In this document: positions 1-9,626 of the stretch, one piece after another
Layout: each line of letters starts with the position of its first letter
How positions within the stretch are numbered: position 1 is the stretch's first letter
DNA from: Acholeplasmataceae bacterium UBA4853
Lineage (GTDB): Bacteria > Bacillota_I > Bacilli_A > Acholeplasmatales > Acholeplasmataceae
Length of the DNA: 64,000 nt
Assembly: GCA_002399815.1 (NCBI GenBank)
Contig: DHEJ01000010.1
Span: forward strand, 25,920-89,919
Direction: 5' to 3'
Notes under the pieces: generated by a model
The model's database searches: none
What the model was told of the DNA's origin: nothing
Seen by the model: the letters and a program-made list of their open reading frames with translations, nothing else
Program-made: the position numbers and the translations under genes

Positions 1-1
1 G

Positions 2-1042
2 TATGAACGTAATCAAGGTAAAGTAAAAAAACAAATTGTTCAGTTAGAAATAAAAAAACAGATCATTGAACAAAAAGTCTTAAAACTCATTGAATTTATT
101 AATGTATATAACCAAAAAACTTTAAAACAAGATACTTATCAATTGAATGAAGTGACAAACCTACTTGCATCATCAAAATTAGAAGCTCGTAAGATTGAAT
201 CTTTAACACGTAAAAAAGAAGATATATCCAATAAGTTATTTATAAATGCAACACCAGAAGTACATTTATCTGTTTTTGGCTTAAAGATGTATTTTGGTGG
301 TATTAAAGCTGTAAATGATTTATCATTTGATGTTAAAAAAGGTGAGATATTTGGTTTAATCGGACCAAATGGTGCAGGAAAAACAACAGTATTTAACTGT
401 ATAACACAGTTTTATAAGCCTACTGCTGGTAGTATCTACTTTAAGAATAAAGAAGATGATATTGCAAATCTAAGTAAACTCAATACACACGATATGATAA
501 GTGAAGGGATTGCAAGATCGTTTCAAAATATTGAATTGATTTGGGAATTAACCGTACTTGATAATCTATTGGTTGCATCACATTCACTTTTACTTACTGA
601 TTTCATCGAACATATGATGCATACTAAAAAGATGAAACGTGAAGAAATGGTTTTAAGAACTAAGGGTTATCAAATACTAAATGATTTAGGGATTGCAGAG
701 TATGCGTTTAGATCACCTTATGGATTATCTTATGGTGTATTAAAAAAGATTGAACTAGCAAGAACCTTAATGACAAATCCAAGTCTAATTATTCTTGATG
801 AACCGGCTGCTGGCTTAAACGATGCTGAAACCGAAGAATTAGCACATATGATTAAAAAGATTAATCAAGATTATAATGTGACAATATTCTTAGTTGAACA
901 TGATATGGGCTTAGTTATGTCGATTTGTGATACAGTATGTGTCATCTCATTTGGTAAGAAGATTGCAATTGGTAAACCGATTGAGGTACAAAATAATCCT
1001 GAAGTAAGAAAAGCATATCTTGGGGAGGATGACGATGAATAA
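2..1042 (+). CDS. livG: Branched-chain-amino-acid-type ABC transporter ATP-binding protein (LivG-like), 5'-truncated by the window edge, with a long N-terminal extension
   Basis: Walker A GPNGAGKTT, LSYG signature, Walker B LIILDEP and C-terminal AYLG. The frame is open from nt 2 (YERNQGKVKKQIVQLE...), so the true start lies upstream of the window. Confidence 0.85.
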   Translation, partial: YERNQGKVKKQIVQLEIKKQIIEQKVLKLIEFINVYNQKTLKQDTYQLNEVTNLLASSKLEARKIESLTRKKEDISNKLFINATPEVHLSVFGLKMYFGGIKAVNDLSFDVKKGEIFGLIGPNGAGKTTVFNCITQFYKPTAGSIYFKNKEDDIANLSKLNTHDMISEGIARSFQNIELIWELTVLDNLLVASHSLLLTDFIEHMMHTKKMKREEMVLRTKGYQILNDLGIAEYAFRSPYGLSYGVLKKIELARTLMTNPSLIILDEPAAGLNDAETEELAHMIKKINQDYNVTIFLVEHDMGLVMSICDTVCVISFGKKIAIGKPIEVQNNPEVRKAYLGEDDDE

Positions 1043-1784
1043 TTTACTTGAAATTATCGACCTTGAAATTGATTATGGTATTGTAAAAGCTGTTAAAAAT
1101 ATCAATATGAAGGTTAAAGAAGGTACGATTGTTGCTATCCTTGGATCAAATGGTGCTGGTAAAACATCAACTATTAAATCTATTTCAGGTTTGACTAAAG
1201 TAAAAAGTGGTCAAATATTATATAAAGGTGAACCAATTCAAAATCTACCTACTTATGAAATTGTTAAAAAAGGTATTATGCAATCACCTGAAGGTCGTAT
1301 GATCTTAAATGGATTAACAGTAGAAGAAAACTTACTTGTTGGTGCATATTCAATTAAAACTAAAACAATTAATGGAAAAACCATTTCAAGAAGTAGAATT
1401 GTATATAGAAATCTAACTGAAGTTTATGGATACTTCCCGATTTTAAAAGAAAGAAGAAAGCAACAAGCATCTACTTTATCCGGTGGAGAGCAACAAATGC
1501 TTGCTATTGGTCGTGCACTTATGGGCTCACCGGAATTCTTACTTTTAGATGAACCTTCATTAGGACTTGCTCCTCTTATTATTAAAGATATCTTTAGTAT
1601 TATTAAAAAGATTAGAGATGATGGTAGAACAATTTTAATTGTTGAACAAAATGCCAAACAAACTTTAAAAATAGCAGATTATGCTTATTTACTTGAAGTT
1701 GGAAAAGTGAAAGCGGAAGGCTTAGCAAAAGATCTTTTAGAGGATAAAGAACTGATCAAAGCATACCTTGGAACAGGTTCATAA
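1035..1784 (+). CDS. livF: ABC transporter ATP-binding protein (LivF-like)
   Basis: GSNGAGKT, SPEGR, LSGGEQQMLAIGRAL and LLLDEPSLGLAP motifs. GGAGG at 1024-1028 precedes ATG 1035, which overlaps the end of livG. Confidence 0.9.
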   Translation: MNNLLEIIDLEIDYGIVKAVKNINMKVKEGTIVAILGSNGAGKTSTIKSISGLTKVKSGQILYKGEPIQNLPTYEIVKKGIMQSPEGRMILNGLTVEENLLVGAYSIKTKTINGKTISRSRIVYRNLTEVYGYFPILKERRKQQASTLSGGEQQMLAIGRALMGSPEFLLLDEPSLGLAPLIIKDIFSIIKKIRDDGRTILIVEQNAKQTLKIADYAYLLEVGKVKAEGLAKDLLEDKELIKAYLGTGS

Positions 1785-1803
1785 TTTTCTTTTACAAAAT
1801 ATA

Positions 1804-1833
1804 TGAATAATTGTTCACAGTAAGCGTTTTCAT
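1804..1833 (+). promoter_or_regulatory. TGAA-N6-TTCA palindrome (1804-1817) plus a cre/LacI-like site (AAGCGTTTTCAT, 1822-1833), just upstream of an extended -10 TGTTATAAT
   Basis: Both motifs recur upstream of the thiolase operon (3427-3440 and 3375-3386). Confidence 0.55.
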
Positions 1834-1900
1834 GTTATAATAGAAATAAAGCAATAGAAAAAGTCGCAAAAGCGCAAAAAACAAAGGAGAAAAGTAACAA

Positions 1901-3274
1901 ATGAGAAAAATGTTATTGATTGCAATGGTTGCAATCTCAAGTATTATCCTTCTTGGCTGTAATCCAACAGTTCAAAAGGCTCAAGGTATCACTGATGAAC
2001 ATATCATCATTGGTAACACTGCTGCTACATCTGGAGCATTCGCTTCAGTTGGGGTACCATTTAACTTAGCAATGCAAGTCGTATTTGATGAATATAATGA
2101 TACACATGAAGGTAGAGACATTTTATTCAAACACTATGACGATGGATTTGATGTAGTTGCTGGTACAGGTCTTGCATTGACTAAGAAATTAGTTGAAGAA
2201 GATAAAGTTTTCGCATTAGTTGGTCACTTTGGTACAAACACTGTGAACTCAACAATGGACTACTTACTTGAATCAGGTGTGCCTATGGTATATGGAGTTA
2301 CAGGCGTAAACTCATTATATTTTGATGGCGAAAATGGTTTAGGAAGAAATATTTTATCAGTTCAACCAATCTATCGTACTGAAGGTAGAATGATGGTTGC
2401 TCGTGCATTAAATGAATCATTATTTGGTGCAGAAGGCAATGCTAAATTAGGCGCAAATGATAAGATCTTAGTGCTTTATTCAGAAGACGATGCTGGTAAC
2501 TCAATTAAAGTTGGTATCGAAGAAGAATTAGCTACTCAAGGTGTTGTTGCTTCTAGAATTATTAAATTACCTTTTACAGCTGCTAACGCATCTGCACAAG
2601 TTACTACAGGTTTAGCTCAAAATCCAGGTGTGATCTTATTATCAGCTAACCAAGCTCCAGCAACTGCTGCAGCTACAGCATTAAGAGAACAAAACTCTAA
2701 CGTTCCAGTATTATCATCATATGTTAATAGTGCTACAGTATTTACACCTGCTCAAGCAGTAGTTGAAGAACAAGCACAACCATTACCATATAATGTATTT
2801 GCTAACGCATGGGTTGATATTGCACAAACTGGTGCTCCAGCTCCAACAGAAGCTCAAGTTGGTGGTGATGGTACATTAGCTGGATTTGCATTCCCATTAA
2901 GTTATTTACCTAACTTTACAGCAGAATATTGGGCATTTGTTAAATTAATGAATGATTCTGATCGTGCTGATGGTGCTACAACATCTAAAGCATTATGGGC
3001 TAACGCTTATGCAATGGCTGGTTATGTTGCAGCTAAAACATTTGTCGCTTTATTAGAAAAAGTTGAAGATTTTGAAACTTTATCATGGGATGCTTTCTTA
3101 GACATCGCAGAATCTGCTCCAATTAAATTACCACTTGCTGGTACTGTTAACTGGGCTGATGGTAAACGTTTTGGACTTGACTCATTAGCATTAACTAAAT
3201 TTGTTTATTCACCAAACGTCACTTTTGCTAAAGTACGCGAAGTAGAATCAATTTCAACAGTAATCGCTAAATAA
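1901..3274 (+). CDS. ABC transporter substrate-binding lipoprotein, LivK/type 1 periplasmic-binding fold
   Basis: Lipobox ILLGC. GITDEHIIIG..A.SGAFA, YDDGFD and KKLVEEDKVFALVG motifs. RBS AAGGAG. Strongly biased codon use. Confidence 0.85.
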   Translation: MRKMLLIAMVAISSIILLGCNPTVQKAQGITDEHIIIGNTAATSGAFASVGVPFNLAMQVVFDEYNDTHEGRDILFKHYDDGFDVVAGTGLALTKKLVEEDKVFALVGHFGTNTVNSTMDYLLESGVPMVYGVTGVNSLYFDGENGLGRNILSVQPIYRTEGRMMVARALNESLFGAEGNAKLGANDKILVLYSEDDAGNSIKVGIEEELATQGVVASRIIKLPFTAANASAQVTTGLAQNPGVILLSANQAPATAAATALREQNSNVPVLSSYVNSATVFTPAQAVVEEQAQPLPYNVFANAWVDIAQTGAPAPTEAQVGGDGTLAGFAFPLSYLPNFTAEYWAFVKLMNDSDRADGATTSKALWANAYAMAGYVAAKTFVALLEKVEDFETLSWDAFLDIAESAPIKLPLAGTVNWADGKRFGLDSLALTKFVYSPNVTFAKVREVESISTVIAK

Positions 3275-3290
3275 CAAGATAATGAAGATG

Positions 3291-3320
3291 AGACGTTGAT
3301 GAAATATTCAACGTCTTTTC
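3291..3320 (+). terminator. Rho-independent terminator
   Basis: AGACGTTGA/TCAACGTCT stem followed by a T-run. Confidence 0.75.
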
Positions 3321-3371
3321 TATAAAAAAACATAGTTTAATTGAGTGAATATATTTAAAATATGGTTTTGA

Positions 3372-3445
3372 TTAAAGCGTTTTCATTTTTTGTTGACACC
3401 TCGATTTATTCGTGGTAAAATAAATATGAATAAATGTTCATATTT
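3372..3445 (+). promoter_or_regulatory. Promoter/operator region of the thiolase operon
   Basis: Contains AAGCGTTTTCAT (3375-3386), TTGACA ... TAAAAT, and a perfect inverted repeat AAATATGAA-N6-TTCATATTT (3422-3445). Confidence 0.6.
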
Positions 3446-3490
3446 GAACAAATAAAACGGTACTATCCAAAGGATAGAAAAGAGGTCATT

Positions 3491-4699
3491 ATGAGTAAAG
3501 TATATGTTGTTGCAGCTAAAAGAAGTGCATTGGGTTCTTTTTTAGGAACACTATCAAATATTTCTCCAGCTGAATTTGGTTCTCAAGTATTATCAAAAAC
3601 TTTAGAACAAAGTGGTATTAATCCAAATTGGATTGATGAAGTAATTATTGGTAATGTTTTACCTGCAGGTCAAAAACAAGGTTTACCAAGACAAATTTCA
3701 ATTATGGCAAATATTCCTGCTGAAGTGCCAGCTTATGGCGTGAATATGATTTGTGGATCTGGTATGAAAAGTGTAATTAATGGATTTATGTCGATTAAAG
3801 CTGGATTATCAGGTTTAGTTGTTGCTGGTGGTGTTGAATCTATGTCACAAGCACCATTTTTAGTTTCTGGTAATGTCAGAAGTGGTGTTAAAATGGGTAA
3901 TTTAGTCTTTACAGACTATATGCTAACTGATGGTTTAACAGATGCATTTGAAAATTATCATATGGGTATTACTGCTGAAAACATAGTTGCTAAACATGGT
4001 TTAACTAGAGAAATGCAAGATGACTTTGCTTATGCATCTCAAGTTAAAGCTAAAAATGCACAAGATCTTGGACTATTTGATAAAGAAATCATTCCAGTTA
4101 TTATTAAAAATAAAAAAGGTGATGTAATCTTTGATAAAGATGAATACATTAACCGTACAACGACTAGAGAAAAAATTGGAAGTTTACGTCCAGCATTTAA
4201 ACCAGATGGTAGTGTAACAGCTGCAAGTTCATCAGGTATTAATGATGGTGCAAGCTTTATGGTTTTAGCAAATGAAGAAATGGTTAAGTTACACAATTTA
4301 AAACCATTAGTTGAAATTGTTGCTGTAGGTCAAGCAGGTGTTGATCCAAGTGTAATGGGATTAGGACCAGTTCCAGCCATTACTAAATCATTAAATCAAG
4401 CAGGATTAAAAATTTCAGATATTGATACATTTGAATTGAATGAAGCTTTTGCTGCACAAGCATTAGGAGTTGTTAGAGAATTATCAGAAAATTTTGGTGT
4501 AACAGAAAAATCAATTCTAGATAAAACAAATCCAAATGGTGGTGCGATTGCATTAGGTCATCCAGTTGGAGCATCTGGTAATCGTATTATTGTAACGCTT
4601 ATTCATAATATGTTAAGAGAAGAAAGTAAAAAATTAGGATTAGCAAGTTTATGTATTGGTGGCGGTATGGGTACTGCTGTCATACTAAAGAAAATATAA
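3491..4699 (+). CDS. Acetyl-CoA C-acetyltransferase (thiolase)
   Basis: NMICGSG (catalytic Cys), NEAFAAQ, GGAIALGHPVGASG and LCIGGGMG. Start moved to ATG 3491 after the AGAGG RBS. Confidence 0.95.
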   Translation: MSKVYVVAAKRSALGSFLGTLSNISPAEFGSQVLSKTLEQSGINPNWIDEVIIGNVLPAGQKQGLPRQISIMANIPAEVPAYGVNMICGSGMKSVINGFMSIKAGLSGLVVAGGVESMSQAPFLVSGNVRSGVKMGNLVFTDYMLTDGLTDAFENYHMGITAENIVAKHGLTREMQDDFAYASQVKAKNAQDLGLFDKEIIPVIIKNKKGDVIFDKDEYINRTTTREKIGSLRPAFKPDGSVTAASSSGINDGASFMVLANEEMVKLHNLKPLVEIVAVGQAGVDPSVMGLGPVPAITKSLNQAGLKISDIDTFELNEAFAAQALGVVRELSENFGVTEKSILDKTNPNGGAIALGHPVGASGNRIIVTLIHNMLREESKKLGLASLCIGGGMGTAVILKKI

Positions 4700-4712
4700 G
4701 GAGGATTCATTC

Positions 4713-5435
4713 ATGGGTAAATTAGATGGTAAGGTTGCAGTAGTAACCGGTGGAGCAAAAGGTTTAGGACAAGCAATAGCATTAGCATTTGCAGAAGAAG
4801 GTGCACATGTTATTGCAGGTGATTTAGGACAATTAACATATGAACATCCAAATGTTGAAGGTATGTATTTAAACGTAACAGATGTTTTAGGTGTAGAAAA
4901 ATTCTATCAATCCGTTATTGATAAACATGGTAAAATTGATATTTTAGTGAATAACGCAGGGATTACAAAAGATGCAATGACAAGAAAAATGACTGATGAA
5001 CAATGGAATTTAGTTATTGATGTAAACTTAAAAGGTGTATTTAACTTAACACGTTTAGTTGGACCTCAAATGCAAACTAAAGGATCCGGTTCAATCATCA
5101 ATATTTCATCAGTAGTTGGTGTATTTGGTAATATTGGTCAAGCAAATTATGCAGCAACTAAAGCTGGTGTTATTGGTTTAACAATGACATGGGCAAAAGA
5201 ATTTGCATTAAAAGGTGCAAATGTACGTGTTAACGCGATTGCTCCAGGATATATCATGACAGATATTCTAAAAACTGTACCACAAGATTTACTAGATAAA
5301 TTTGCAGCATTAACAATGTTGAATAGACTTGGACAACCAGAAGAAATCGCAAAAGCAGCTTTATTCCTTGCAAGTGATGATGCATCTTATATTACTGGTC
5401 AAACTTTAAATGTTAATGGTGGCATGCGTTTATAA
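4713..5435 (+). CDS. FabG/PhaB-like 3-oxoacyl (acetoacetyl-CoA) reductase, SDR family
   Basis: TGGAKGLG, NNAGIT and YAATK motifs. An Asp after beta2 (IAGD) suggests NAD(H) preference. Confidence 0.9.
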   Translation: MGKLDGKVAVVTGGAKGLGQAIALAFAEEGAHVIAGDLGQLTYEHPNVEGMYLNVTDVLGVEKFYQSVIDKHGKIDILVNNAGITKDAMTRKMTDEQWNLVIDVNLKGVFNLTRLVGPQMQTKGSGSIINISSVVGVFGNIGQANYAATKAGVIGLTMTWAKEFALKGANVRVNAIAPGYIMTDILKTVPQDLLDKFAALTMLNRLGQPEEIAKAALFLASDDASYITGQTLNVNGGMRL

Positions 5436-5457
5436 TTACTATAAAGGAGTATCTTAA

Positions 5458-6492
5458 ATGAAAGATCACGTAGGAATCGTCGGAACTGGTATTTATTTAC
5501 CTGAAGGACGTATGAGTGCAAAACAAATTGCAGAACAGACAAATGGTGTTTGGTCAGAAGCTGCAGTTATTGATAAATTAGGTATTAAACAAAAAGTTGT
5601 ACCAGGTTTAAGTGCATCTGATGGTACCCAAGAAATGGGTGCCTTAGCAGCGCTTGATGCATTAAAAAATACAGGTATGAATCCACTTGAGATTGACGTT
5701 ATTTTAAGTGTATCTGAAGAATGGAAAGAATATCCTTTAACAACATCTGCATTATATATCCAAGATCGTATCGGTGCTACAAATGCCTGGGGTATCGATG
5801 TTCAAAATAGATGTTGTACAACTGTATCTGCATTAAAAATGGCTAAAGATATGTTGATTGCTGATGAAGAAGTCAATGTAATCATGGTTGTTGGTGGTTA
5901 TAGAAATGGTGATTTTGTCGATTATACTGACAAAAACATGTCTATGATGTATAATTTAGGTGCAGGTGGTGGAGCAATCATCTTAAAGAAAAACTATGGT
6001 AAAAACCTACTTTTAGGCTCACATATGATAGGTGATGGTTCATTATCACGTACAGCAGGTGTAGAAATTGGTGGTATTGCACATCCAATTACTAAAGATA
6101 ATTTAGATGAAGCAAAACAATCCTTAAGATTAATGGATCCAATAAAAATGAAGAATAGATTAAATGATGTTTCTATGCCAAACTGGTTTAAATGTATTGA
6201 TGAGGCATTGAGAAAATCAAATCTAGAAAGAAAAGATATTGGATTTTTAGATATATTACATATTAAACGTAGTGGTCATGATGGTATGGTTGCAGATTTA
6301 GGTTTAAATCCTGACCAAACTATTTATTTAGAAGAATATGGTCATATTGGACAAATTGATCAAATATTATCACTACATTTAGCTTTACAAGAAGGTAAAG
6401 TAAAAGATGGTACTGTTGTAGCTATGCTTGCAGCAGGTATTGGATATGTTTGGGCTGCAAACATTATTAAATGGGGAAAACATTCATCCTAA
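5458..6492 (+). CDS. FabH-like 3-oxoacyl-ACP synthase III family protein with an atypical Cys-His-His triad
   Basis: GIVGTGIYLP, NRCCT, LHIKRS, EEYGHIG (His where FabH has Asn) and AAGIGYVWAA. Confidence 0.85.
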   Translation: MKDHVGIVGTGIYLPEGRMSAKQIAEQTNGVWSEAAVIDKLGIKQKVVPGLSASDGTQEMGALAALDALKNTGMNPLEIDVILSVSEEWKEYPLTTSALYIQDRIGATNAWGIDVQNRCCTTVSALKMAKDMLIADEEVNVIMVVGGYRNGDFVDYTDKNMSMMYNLGAGGGAIILKKNYGKNLLLGSHMIGDGSLSRTAGVEIGGIAHPITKDNLDEAKQSLRLMDPIKMKNRLNDVSMPNWFKCIDEALRKSNLERKDIGFLDILHIKRSGHDGMVADLGLNPDQTIYLEEYGHIGQIDQILSLHLALQEGKVKDGTVVAMLAAGIGYVWAANIIKWGKHSS

Positions 6493-6507
6493 TTAAGGAG
6501 TATCTCA

Positions 6508-7827
6508 ATGTATAAAGACAAAGTAATTACTGCATTAGAAGCAGTAAATCTAGTTAAATCAAATGATCATATCGTTGTTGGTATGACGGCTGCTGAGCCT
6601 CAGAATTTTATGAATTCTTTACATTTAGTTGCTGATAAAGTAAAAAATGTAACTGTCTCATCCTGTTTACCGATATTAGAAGCAGAGTTCTTTATGAATA
6701 AAAAATATAAAGAGTCTTTTAATGTTGGCGGATGGTTTTATACCAATACCTTAAGAAAGATTCACCACAATGGTAATATTTCTTTTATACCAAATCATTT
6801 ACATTTAGCTGGTAAAAAGAGATTTCAACATAAAAAACCTAATGTGTTTGCTATGGCTGCCTCGATGCCTGATAAGCATGGATTTATTTCATTATCTGTT
6901 CAAAATGTATATGAAATGGAAGCCATTGAATTAGCAGACATTGTAATTATTGAAATTAATCCGAATTTCCCTAGAACTTTTGGAGATAATCAAGTCCATA
7001 TTTCTCAAGTGGATTATATTATTGAATCAAATTATAAAGTACCTTCAATATTAAACTCAGAACCAAATGAAAAAGATATCATTATTGGTAAATTAATTGC
7101 AGATCAAATTCCTGATGGAGCAACACTTCAATTAGGCATTGGCGGTATTCCAAATGCCGTTGCTGCAAGTTTAAAAGATAAGAAGGATTTAGGTATTCAT
7201 ACTGAGATGTTTACTAACGGTATGATGGATTTAATTAAAGCTGGTGTGGTTACTGGAAATAAAAAGAACTTTTATAAAGGGCGTCACGTCACAGCGTTTG
7301 CATTTGGTTCACAAGAACTTTATGATTTTTTAGATAACAATCCATCAGTATACTTCATGCGTGGTAATGAAGGTAATGATCCAAGTGTTATTGGTAAAAA
7401 CGATAATCAAATTAGTATTAATACAACGATTGAAGTCGATTTAACAGGACAATGTGCATCTGAATCGATTGGACATGTACAATTTTCTGGTACTGGTGGA
7501 CAATCAGATACATCAGTTGGTGCACAAAATTCTAAGGGTGGAAAATCATTTATTTCTCTTTATTCAACAGCTATGGTGAAAAATCCAGTGACTAATGAAC
7601 GTGAAGAAATTTCAAAAATTGTATCTGTATTAAAACCAGGTGCTGCAGTATCTTTATCTAGAAATGATGTTGATTATGTCGTTACTGAATATGGTATTGT
7701 TTCACTTAGAGGTACAACGATTGCTGAACGTACTGAATTATTAATATCTATTGCACATCCTAAATTTAGAGAACAATTAAGAAAAGAAGCAATTCAATAT
7801 GGTTTCATTGGATCACCAAATGAGTAG
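6508..7827 (+). CDS. Acetyl-CoA hydrolase/transferase (4-hydroxybutyrate CoA-transferase-like)
   Basis: LQLGIGGIPNAV, LGIHTEM, SGTGGQ and DYVVTEYG motifs. Confidence 0.92.
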   Translation: MYKDKVITALEAVNLVKSNDHIVVGMTAAEPQNFMNSLHLVADKVKNVTVSSCLPILEAEFFMNKKYKESFNVGGWFYTNTLRKIHHNGNISFIPNHLHLAGKKRFQHKKPNVFAMAASMPDKHGFISLSVQNVYEMEAIELADIVIIEINPNFPRTFGDNQVHISQVDYIIESNYKVPSILNSEPNEKDIIIGKLIADQIPDGATLQLGIGGIPNAVAASLKDKKDLGIHTEMFTNGMMDLIKAGVVTGNKKNFYKGRHVTAFAFGSQELYDFLDNNPSVYFMRGNEGNDPSVIGKNDNQISINTTIEVDLTGQCASESIGHVQFSGTGGQSDTSVGAQNSKGGKSFISLYSTAMVKNPVTNEREEISKIVSVLKPGAAVSLSRNDVDYVVTEYGIVSLRGTTIAERTELLISIAHPKFREQLRKEAIQYGFIGSPNE

Positions 7828-8638
7828 TTTTACATATTTAAATAAATCCATTTACTATGATATTAAAGGTGATAAATCACCATTATTACTACTAAATGGT
7901 ATTATGATGTCCACTAAAAGTTGGGAACCTTTTGTAGATACTTTATCAGCAAACTTCAAATTAATCAGACTTGATTTTTTTGACCAAGGACAAAGTGATT
8001 CTTTTGAATCACCTTATCAACAAGATCTTCAAGTGGATTTAATCAAAGCATTACTTGATCATTTAAATATTTCTAAAGTACATATTGTAGGTATTAGTTA
8101 TGGTGGCGAGGTTGCATTAAAATTTGCAACAAAGTATATTTCTTTTATCGATAGATTGATGATTTTTAATTCTGTATCCTATACGACTCAGACATTAGCT
8201 AAAACTGGCCATGTTTGGAATACCTATGCAAAAGAAAGAGATACTTTAAATTATTATGAGGAAACCATTCCTGTAATTTATTCTAAGTCGTTTATTTTAG
8301 CTAATCAAGAATGGATGGAAAAGCGAAAAACCTATTTAATTAATGGTCCTTTTAAAGATCCAAATTTTTTAGACTGTATGATTAGATTAACTAATTCCGC
8401 TGAGCATTATGATATCAGAAATGATTTATCAAAGATTAACGTACCAGTTTTAATTGTTGGTGCAGAAGAAGATTATTTAACACCACTTGTACATCAAAGA
8501 CTTCTACATAAAAATTTAAGCTCATCTAAACTAGTGATATTACCTGGTGTTGGTCATGCATCGATGTATGAAGTACCTGAGTTATTTACTGCATTAATCA
8601 TTGGATTTTTTAATACGTCATTAAAATATACAATCTAG
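7820..8638 (+). CDS. Alpha/beta hydrolase
   Basis: LLNGIMMS, GISYGG nucleophile elbow, acidic EEDYLTP and GHAS. ATG 7820 overlaps the end of the upstream gene. Confidence 0.85.
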   Translation: MSSFTYLNKSIYYDIKGDKSPLLLLNGIMMSTKSWEPFVDTLSANFKLIRLDFFDQGQSDSFESPYQQDLQVDLIKALLDHLNISKVHIVGISYGGEVALKFATKYISFIDRLMIFNSVSYTTQTLAKTGHVWNTYAKERDTLNYYEETIPVIYSKSFILANQEWMEKRKTYLINGPFKDPNFLDCMIRLTNSAEHYDIRNDLSKINVPVLIVGAEEDYLTPLVHQRLLHKNLSSSKLVILPGVGHASMYEVPELFTALIIGFFNTSLKYTI

Positions 8639-8649
8639 AGAGGTAAAAA

Positions 8650-9528
8650 ATGCAACAAAAAAGTGTGTTACTTAAAAACGGGGAAACCCTAAATTATTAT
8701 GAACAAGGTAATTGTAAGGATGTCTTACTATTAATTCATGGTAATACATCATCAGCAATGTTTTTTGAACCATTATTCGAAAAACTACCAAAAAGTATTC
8801 GTGTGATTGCACCAGATTTAAGAGGTTTTGGTAAATCAAGTTATGTCAATAAAATTGAAACCTTAAGTGATTTTTCATATGATATTTCATTGTTCTTAGA
8901 GGCATTGGATATCAAATATGTTGATATCTTAGGTTGGAGTTTAGGCGGTGTTATTGCCTTAGACTTTGCTTTAAATTACCAATCAATGACTGATGCACTC
9001 ATTTTATTATCATCAGGTTCCTTAAAAGGGTACCCAATCTTTAAAAAAGATGCTACTGGAAAACCTCTTTTAGGACAAATTTATGAATCAAAAGATGCAT
9101 TATCAAAAGATATGGTTCAAGTATTACCGCTTTTAAATGCTTATCAAACACAAAATGTAGCATTTATGGAATACATTTATGATTTAGCAATTTATACAGG
9201 TAAAAAACCTGATAAAGAAAAAAATAGAGTTTGGATGCAAGATGCATTACTTCAAAGAAATTTAGTCGACGTTGACTGGGCATTAGCAAACTATAATGCA
9301 TCAAATACACCAAGTTTATATCAACCTGGTAGTGGAAAGATTAATAATTTAAAATCTAAGACACTAATCATTTGGGGTGATAAAGATATTACTGTACCAA
9401 AGTTTATGTTTGATGAAAATGTTTCTATGATTCCTGATAATGACCATATTATTTATGAAAATTGTGGTCACTCAATTGTTGTAGATGATCCTGAAAGATT
9501 GGCAATTGATATCGTATCATTTATCTGA
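8650..9528 (+). CDS. Alpha/beta hydrolase resembling Bacillus-type intracellular PHA depolymerase (PhaZ)
   Basis: LIHGNTSS, DLRGFG, GWSLGG, WGDKD and CGHS. The PhaZ resemblance is from recalled motifs. Confidence 0.75.
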   Translation: MQQKSVLLKNGETLNYYEQGNCKDVLLLIHGNTSSAMFFEPLFEKLPKSIRVIAPDLRGFGKSSYVNKIETLSDFSYDISLFLEALDIKYVDILGWSLGGVIALDFALNYQSMTDALILLSSGSLKGYPIFKKDATGKPLLGQIYESKDALSKDMVQVLPLLNAYQTQNVAFMEYIYDLAIYTGKKPDKEKNRVWMQDALLQRNLVDVDWALANYNASNTPSLYQPGSGKINNLKSKTLIIWGDKDITVPKFMFDENVSMIPDNDHIIYENCGHSIVVDDPERLAIDIVSFI

Positions 9529-9535
9529 TTTAATT

Positions 9536-9564
9536 AAAGCTGGTTAACATGAGACCAGCTTTTT
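9536..9564 (+). terminator. Rho-independent terminator of the acyl-CoA operon
   Basis: AAAGCTGGT/ACCAGCTTT stem plus T-run. Confidence 0.8.
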
Positions 9565-9626
9565 ATTTGGTATATAGTTTATATAAATAAAGCATGGTAT
9601 AATTTAACATAAGTAGGTGATTTTTT

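Noticed and set aside
3491-6492. Thiolase/FabG/FabH cluster as standard fatty-acid synthesis or PHA synthesis
   Set aside because: No acp, fabD, fabF, fabZ or phaC gene is in the window. The FabH triad is atypical and the SDR looks NAD-type.
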